From Bdellovibrionales bacterium (GTDB taxonomy: Bacteria > Bdellovibrionota > Bdellovibrionia > Bdellovibrionales > UBA840), in assembly GCA_037969075.1 (NCBI GenBank), contig JBBKWS010000147.1, positions 1-22,836 of the forward strand: a stretch of DNA of 22,836 nucleotides, written 5' to 3'. Position numbers and translations under genes: made by a program. Below, piece by piece: positions 17,610 through 22,836 of this stretch. Under the pieces are notes generated by a model that was not told the origin of the DNA, ran no database searches, and saw nothing but the letters and a program-made list of their open reading frames with translations. Numbering within the stretch: position 1 is the stretch's first letter; every line of letters begins with the position of its first letter.

Positions 17610-18240
17610 ACCCCTCTCTATTATTGATATATCTCCAACCATCCATGAATCCCTTGCTGTCTGGCCAGGAGATCAATTATTTAAACGTAAAACTTCATTG
17701 TCACAAAAAGCAGGTCACAACATTGACCTCAGCCATATCACCACAACACTTCATCTAGGTAGTCATGCAGACTCCCCTTCACACTATACAACACCTGGTA
17801 TGGGGATCGACGAAGTTCCACTGCATTACTACAACGGTCTTTGCCAAGTTATCGAAGTCACAACACCAAAAGGCAAAAGAATCACTCCGTCTGATATTAC
17901 TGTTGAGATAGAAGCATCTAGAGTTTTATTTAAAACAGGTAGCTATCCTAATCCAAATGAATTTAATACAGATTTTTGTAGCCTTTCTAAAGACTTGGTT
18001 GAGCTCTTAGGAGAAAAAGGAGTGATCCTAGTTGGTATTGATACACCAAGCGTAGATCTGTTTGATGACAGAGTTTTAGAGTCACATCATGCACTGCTTG
18101 ATAAAAATATGATGAATATAGAGGGCATTGTTTTAGATACTGTATATCCAGGACTATACACACTATTTGCTTCACCACTAAAAATAGAGGGAGCCGACGC
18201 GGCTCCCCTCAGAGCTATTCTTGTAGAAAATCTTCTGTAG
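17590..18240 (+). CDS. kynB: Cyclase family protein / kynurenine formamidase-like
   Basis: HLGSHADSPSH (HxGTHxDxPxH), VGIDTPSVD, GADAAPLRAIL. The conserved N-terminal IIDISPTIHESLAVWPGD is encoded in frame from 17620, upstream of the ORF-track start 17698. Putative CTG start at 17590 behind GGAG; the start is uncertain. Confidence 0.8.
   Translation: MTFLRDKPLSIIDISPTIHESLAVWPGDQLFKRKTSLSQKAGHNIDLSHITTTLHLGSHADSPSHYTTPGMGIDEVPLHYYNGLCQVIEVTTPKGKRITPSDITVEIEASRVLFKTGSYPNPNEFNTDFCSLSKDLVELLGEKGVILVGIDTPSVDLFDDRVLESHHALLDKNMMNIEGIVLDTVYPGLYTLFASPLKIEGADAAPLRAILVENLL
18180..18210 (-). terminator. Putative intrinsic terminator for the hydrolase gene, embedded in kynB coding sequence
   Basis: Perfect 8-bp stem GGGAGCCG/CGGCTCCC (18189-18207) with 3-nt loop, just past the hydrolase stop (18215), followed on the - strand by UCUAUUUUU. 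Confidence 0.45.
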
Positions 18241-20239
18241 AGCATGGCTCTATCAGCCTAACATCTTTTGTGTTTACCCAATAGTAACCTGTTCTTAGAT
18301 ATTGATCTGATGGCATATCACTTAAAGACACATGTCTATCCATGTTCATCAAATTATGATTCGTTACTAAAACTCTATCTTCCTCATAGGTCTGATCAAT
18401 GGTATCGTACTGCCCTTTCGTAAACCTGCCTATAATTTTAAATTTCTCAAGATTAACTGGCGGCTGCATTTCCCGCGTATTAAATGTTTGCGGAAGACTA
18501 TCGTTGTATCCTAGGTAATAACTATTTCTACCACGATTATTTGAGGAAAGTGTCGCCGTGTAGCATTCATTATGAATGGTCTCGAATCCCTCTGGATTTT
18601 TTGCAGAAAGCTCAGATAACCAGTTTTTCTTTGATAGGTGTTTAATTTTAACAGTACCTCTGTCCGACTCAGTATTAAACTCGATCACCCGTGTACTGAA
18701 CAAGTTGGATTGAATGGAGATAATTTGGTTTCCATCAACAGTTTCTCTGTTAGTTGTATTATTAATCACTACAGGTAAAATCTTTCGATCGATTGGTTCA
18801 AGATTATATTCTACAAACGTGGTATTAGCAGGACTAACAGGTGCAGCTATACGAACCGTCTTAAACCAGGGAATTTTAACTTCAAGTCCAAATTCAGCAG
18901 AATAAGGCACTATGTTTTTTACTAGGAAATCATCCCCAACTTCCTTATTAAAATACCCTCTATCAAAGAACGCGGTATGGTAATACGTTACGTAATTCAA
19001 GTCCGAAGAACTGTGGTCATAGTTAAATCCGTGAAATTTATGAAATAACAAAGAATCCCTTCTTGTTAAATCAACTATTAATGGATCATCACTATATGGC
19101 TGAATATGCTTTTTTTGAAAATAAATTTTACGAAACCATGCATCTTTTTTTGGTAAATTAAATTTAATCTCCATATTAAATGTCTGAAGGTCTGTGACAA
19201 ATCTAGATGGATCTTTTAGATCCTCAGTGTCCACTACATTTTTTGGAGTTAAAAACTTATCGAAGTGTTTTCTCAAAATTAAATATACCGTACTGTCTTT
19301 GTAGTACCTTTCGTCATCGTTCTTTTTAACACAGGCTACACCTTTTAAAAATCCATATTCAGCATGGTAACCTTTAACAGGATAATAGTATGAGCCCATA
19401 TTTGTTCGGCCAATCAAAGCGTAACCATTCCTATCATCGGGATATACTTTATAATGGTAATCAATATTTGCTGAAAACATCGGAACCACTAAGTCATGCT
19501 CTAATAAATGGTTTTTGCCCTTTTCAGTAGTGGCTTTAAATAAAAACCCCAGCGTCGTTTTAGACATATCAGCTGAGATAGTGATGACCTCTGTTTGCTC
19601 TGGAAAAATATTTTTATTATCACGTAATAACGGCTTTAAAGACATCTCTCTGTTGTAGGTAATTAAGGAGCTTCCCATAGAGAGGTCTTTTACTTGCTGA
19701 ACAGGAAGAAGCTTACGAATAAAATCTAAAATCTTAATGTGATTGGCGGCAGTGGACCCCCAAAATGGAGTGGCCATACTAATAAAATACTTCAAGTTTT
19801 TTGGAGTAATACTTTTACCATTCAATTTTCCCGAGCAATAAAACTCATTTCCATAAATACAGTCAGCCACATAGCGCATGCCAATGATGCCACCTTGCGA
19901 GTGAGTTACTAACGCAAATGGGGTATCTATATCTATCTGATTTTTCTGATAGTATTCACGCATTTTTTTATACAAAGTTTCAGTAAAAGTCTTCATGTCG
20001 CTACTATCAATCGAACCCTCTTGAGCTAGCCCAAGTTTAGGATCTGTATATTTATAGTATATAATACTGTTAACAGCTATATCATCCCCGTAGTCTTCTT
20101 GTAGAATTTCTTTTAAATCACAAAAGGTAGTTTCATCCCCAATAAAACCATGCAGGGTGAAAACAACTAGCTTAGGATTGAAAGCATGTGCGGTTATAGA
20201 AAAAAACAGTAGAAATAATATAAATAAACGTTGTGCCAT
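18215..20239 (-). CDS. Secreted alpha/beta hydrolase (lipase/PGAP1-DUF676-like) with long unknown C-terminal region
   Basis: Signal peptide ending AHA; LHGFIG oxyanion motif; THSQGG nucleophile elbow; ISMATPFWGS; HDLVVP (Asp); GYH (candidate His). Confidence 0.75.
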   Translation of the reverse strand: MAQRLFILFLLFFSITAHAFNPKLVVFTLHGFIGDETTFCDLKEILQEDYGDDIAVNSIIYYKYTDPKLGLAQEGSIDSSDMKTFTETLYKKMREYYQKNQIDIDTPFALVTHSQGGIIGMRYVADCIYGNEFYCSGKLNGKSITPKNLKYFISMATPFWGSTAANHIKILDFIRKLLPVQQVKDLSMGSSLITYNREMSLKPLLRDNKNIFPEQTEVITISADMSKTTLGFLFKATTEKGKNHLLEHDLVVPMFSANIDYHYKVYPDDRNGYALIGRTNMGSYYYPVKGYHAEYGFLKGVACVKKNDDERYYKDSTVYLILRKHFDKFLTPKNVVDTEDLKDPSRFVTDLQTFNMEIKFNLPKKDAWFRKIYFQKKHIQPYSDDPLIVDLTRRDSLLFHKFHGFNYDHSSSDLNYVTYYHTAFFDRGYFNKEVGDDFLVKNIVPYSAEFGLEVKIPWFKTVRIAAPVSPANTTFVEYNLEPIDRKILPVVINNTTNRETVDGNQIISIQSNLFSTRVIEFNTESDRGTVKIKHLSKKNWLSELSAKNPEGFETIHNECYTATLSSNNRGRNSYYLGYNDSLPQTFNTREMQPPVNLEKFKIIGRFTKGQYDTIDQTYEEDRVLVTNHNLMNMDRHVSLSDMPSDQYLRTGYYWVNTKDVRLIEPCSTEDFLQE

Positions 20240-20278
20240 AGTTGGTATTCTTTAGCATTTATTGCTATTAAATCCTAT

Positions 20279-20632
20279 ATGAATAGATTTCACTTAGGTG
20301 TCGACATTGTATCTGTAAAAAGAATAGAGAGCTCGCTTGTAACTCACAAAGAGAACTTTCTATCAAAATTTTTAACACAACTAGAAATCAAAGCCCTTAC
20401 ACCCGTCAGGCCCGAGAGAATAGCCTCCCGTTGGGCTGCGAAAGAGGCTTTGTACAAAGCCTTCTCAAGCGCTGGCGTTACAGCTAGCTACAAAGACTTT
20501 GAAATTATGACAACAGACAAAGGCTGTCCTGTTGTAAAACATGAGTTCACGGATTGGCATGCTGAGATATCACTATCGCATGAAAACGAATACGCCATTG
20601 CTTATTGCCAAATAAAAAAAATCCAACCATAG
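20279..20632 (+). CDS. acpS: Holo-[acyl-carrier-protein] synthase
   Basis: LGVDIV, RWAAKEALYKA, G.P and ISLSHE motifs; start set at ATG 20279 to avoid overlap with the divergent gene. Confidence 0.92.
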   Translation: MNRFHLGVDIVSVKRIESSLVTHKENFLSKFLTQLEIKALTPVRPERIASRWAAKEALYKAFSSAGVTASYKDFEIMTTDKGCPVVKHEFTDWHAEISLSHENEYAIAYCQIKKIQP

Positions 20633-20646
20633 AGGTTGGATTTTTT
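20614..20646. terminator. Bidirectional rho-independent terminator between acpS and rplS
   Basis: A-tract, TCCAACC, ATAGA loop, GGTTGGA, T6; lies between convergent genes, with the acpS stop in the loop. Confidence 0.85.
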
Positions 20647-20668
20647 AATAGCAAATTTTTGAGTACTT

Positions 20669-21088
20669 CTATTCTTTGGTAGCAGCTTCTTCAGCTGCGG
20701 CTGCAGCTTTCTTAGCTTTAGTTTTTGGAGAATCTTCTGTGATAAGAGTTGATTCGATACGAGCTTTTTTACCGATAAGTTCACGAAGGTAAAATAGACG
20801 AGATCTACGAACAACACCTTCAGCGATCAATTCAATTTTATCTACGGCAGGAGAAGCAAACGGAAAAGTTCTTTCTACTCCAATGCCACCAGACATTTTA
20901 CGAACTGTAAAAGACTTGCTCATGTTTGCACCTTGAATCTTAGTTACGATCCCACGGTACTTTTGGATTCTTTCTTTTTCACCCTCTTTTACTTTAACAA
21001 ATACTTCAACTGTATCGCCAGTTTTGAACGTCGGCACATCGATAAACTTGTGCTTAGCTTTTGTTACTTCAAGAATTAAATTGCTCAT
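20669..21088 (-). CDS. rplS: 50S ribosomal protein L19
   Basis: FKTGDTVEV, KEGEKERIQ, FTVRKMSGGIGVERTFP, VRRSRLFYLR; AGGAG RBS; Ala/Lys/Glu-rich tail. Confidence 0.97.
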   Translation of the reverse strand: MSNLILEVTKAKHKFIDVPTFKTGDTVEVFVKVKEGEKERIQKYRGIVTKIQGANMSKSFTVRKMSGGIGVERTFPFASPAVDKIELIAEGVVRRSRLFYLRELIGKKARIESTLITEDSPKTKAKKAAAAAEEAATKE

Positions 21089-21141
21089 ATCGTCTCCTAC
21101 AGATTCAGATCCGTTTAGGTAACATGAATTTAAAGGTTAGG

Positions 21142-21930
21142 TCAACTCTGATCTAGAGGAAGACTTTGATTCTTAAGTCCCGAGATTCTCAGCTCTTTCT
21201 CGCTCATTGTTGCTAGCAATTTGTTAGCTAGAACCCGCTCTTTTGGGCTTACAGTAGCCTTGATAAATAGGTCAGGACGCCTCTGAAAGGTCCTTAAAAG
21301 TGAGGTAAGGCGTTTCCATGTCGCAATTTTTTCATGGTGGCCCTCCGTCAGAACCTTAGGAACCTCTAAGCCTTCAATTTCAGCAGGCCTGGTAAAACTA
21401 GGCGCTTCAAGTAAAGAATCATAAAAGCTGTCCTTTGTAGAAGATTCTACGTTACCCAGTACACCGGGTACATGCCTAGCGATGGCATCGATACAAATTA
21501 GGGCTGGCAGCTCCCCGCCACTAACTACATAATCACCTACAGAGATTTCAAGGTCTACAAATTCAGAGACAAAACGCTCGTCAATTCCTGCATAGCGGCC
21601 ACAGATAAAAACCAGGTCTTTTTTGCTGTTTGCTAAGTCTTTTGCCACCGCATCTGTCAGCGGCTCACCTTGTGGGCTAAGATAAATCCTAAGAGGCTTC
21701 TCAGCACAAACTGCCTGCATAGCCTTAGCCATTGGGCCGTAGGCCATCACCATGCCGTCCCCTCCACCATAAGGGATATCGTCTATCATCTTGTAATTTC
21801 CCTCAGTGAAGTCTCTTGGATTTATAACAGAAAGGCTGAGCAGCTCTTTTTTAATTGCACCACCAACAACCCCATTTTTTAAAAATGTTTCAAAGTATTC
21901 AGGAAAAAGACTAAGAACATGGAAATTCAT
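21142..21930 (-). CDS. trmD: tRNA (guanine37-N1)-methyltransferase
   Basis: LFPE, DDIPYGGGDGMVM, LSPQG, CGRYAGIDER, SVGDYVVSGGE, PGVLGN, DSF and TRP motifs. Confidence 0.96.
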   Translation of the reverse strand: MNFHVLSLFPEYFETFLKNGVVGGAIKKELLSLSVINPRDFTEGNYKMIDDIPYGGGDGMVMAYGPMAKAMQAVCAEKPLRIYLSPQGEPLTDAVAKDLANSKKDLVFICGRYAGIDERFVSEFVDLEISVGDYVVSGGELPALICIDAIARHVPGVLGNVESSTKDSFYDSLLEAPSFTRPAEIEGLEVPKVLTEGHHEKIATWKRLTSLLRTFQRRPDLFIKATVSPKERVLANKLLATMSEKELRISGLKNQSLPLDQS

Positions 21931-21936
21931 AAAATC

Positions 21937-22485
21937 CTATAGATCTTCTAAGAACAAAAGTCCTTCAGGTACATCTAGGGTGATTTCTTTAGTATCAAAA
22001 TTTACATCTTTAACAAAGGCATCCACATAGGGAATCTCGACAATCTTTTGGTTCCAATCGATTAGCAAAAGATCTTGTACAGAGTTAGTTCCAAAACCTG
22101 TGATTTTACCCTTAGCTTCTTGTCCGTTGAAATTCACCGTGAAGTTTTCAAGCTGTAAAAGAAAAAAGCTGCCATCGGCTTTTGGAGTATCTAAGATCTC
22201 TTGCGGAACTTGAAATGTTGCCCCTTTAAAGCTCTCGGCATCGTTTCTAGTTTCCATACCTTCTAACTTTAGGATTTGCCCTACTTTATGGGATTTCTTA
22301 CGCTTAATTGGAAAGGTGTGAAGAGCTTCTACCCACTCTCCGTCAGCATTTTGCTCACGGCGCGATAAATAAGCAGTTTCCATGGTTTCAAGCCACTCGA
22401 ACTTCTTTGAAAAAGAGATTAAAAAAACCTCTCCTTTGATTCCGTGGGCGTCTCTAATTTTTCCTAGGGTCTTAAAGTTTTGCAT
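21937..22485 (-). CDS. rimM: Ribosome maturation factor RimM
   Basis: LGKIRDAHGIKGEV, RNDAE, QDLL, IPYV and PEGLL motifs; position between khpA and trmD. ATG 22485 preferred over TTG 22503. Confidence 0.93.
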   Translation of the reverse strand: MQNFKTLGKIRDAHGIKGEVFLISFSKKFEWLETMETAYLSRREQNADGEWVEALHTFPIKRKKSHKVGQILKLEGMETRNDAESFKGATFQVPQEILDTPKADGSFFLLQLENFTVNFNGQEAKGKITGFGTNSVQDLLLIDWNQKIVEIPYVDAFVKDVNFDTKEITLDVPEGLLFLEDL

Positions 22486-22528
22486 AGAAAATTTATGCTG
22501 CAAGGCGATGAAAAGGTCAAGTGGACAT

Positions 22529-22554
22529 AAAAAAAGCCCTCATCTCTGGGGCTT
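22529..22554 (-). terminator. Intrinsic terminator between khpA and rimM
   Basis: Minus strand reads AAGCCC-CA GAGA UG-A-GGGC UUUUUUU: GC-rich stem, GNRA loop, U7 tract. Confidence 0.75.
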
Positions 22555-22575
22555 CTTTATTGGTTTGGGTAATTT

Positions 22576-22821
22576 TTACTCTACGATTTCTAGTACACTT
22601 CTTTTATTTAGCTTTGTACTAGCGGCATTTAGGATTGTACGCATAGATCTTGCTGTACGGCCCTGTTTACCTATTACTTTACCCAGATCTTCTTTGGATA
22701 CTTTAAGTTCAACGACTGTTGTTTGCTCACCAACCACTTCGTTCACTTCTACTTCATCTGGCTTATCTACTAGTGATTTTGCCATATACTCAACAAGTGC
22801 TTTTAAACTCGTATCCATCAT
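22576..22821 (-). CDS. khpA: KH domain RNA-binding protein KhpA (YlqC/UPF0109)
   Basis: [28 protein letters not shown] (KH GxxG); upstream of rimM-trmD-rplS. The second ATG (22818) has better spacing from GAGG. Confidence 0.93.
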   Translation of the reverse strand: MMDTSLKALVEYMAKSLVDKPDEVEVNEVVGEQTTVVELKVSKEDLGKVIGKQGRTARSMRTILNAASTKLNKRSVLEIVE

Positions 22822-22836
22822 TTACCTCTTTAATTC

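Noticed and set aside
21575..21604. TrmD GRYAGIDER instead of GRYEGIDER
   Set aside because: Single substitution with the other SAM-binding and catalytic motifs retained; insufficient to claim altered function.

Overview
A compact, AT-rich bacterial chromosomal segment. Gene content and sequence style (DUF1844, bat operon, KhpA, RplS) suggest Bdellovibrionota or a delta-like lineage; this is inference only. Left to right: Mrp/ApbC ATPase (+); MltD-type lipoprotein lytic transglycosylase with 3 LysM domains (-); a three-gene lipid-linked glycosylation cassette (uncharacterised GT-C-like membrane protein and TIGR03663/Agl23-like protein on -, divergent from a polyprenol-phosphate sugar synthase GT2 on +); a translationally coupled moxR-DUF58-hypothetical-batA-batB-batC-batD operon (-); a divergent operon with an HtpX/M48 homologue, DUF1844, DegP/DegQ, an LLM flavin monooxygenase and a KynB-like cyclase (+); a secreted alpha/beta hydrolase with a long unknown C-terminal region (-); acpS (+); and khpA-rimM-trmD-rplS (-). 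No RNA genes, CRISPR or mobile elements were seen. Most notable: (1) the HtpX homologue is intact but has lost all zinc ligands (pseudoprotease) and sits behind a near-consensus, apparently leaderless promoter; (2) the GT2 plus two-membrane-protein glycosylation cassette, a candidate for lipid A or surface glycosylation; (3) the KynB-like gene has no canonical start upstream of its conserved N-terminus (probable CTG start or frameshift fusion with the LLM gene); (4) the ApbC lacks the Fe-S-binding CxxC.
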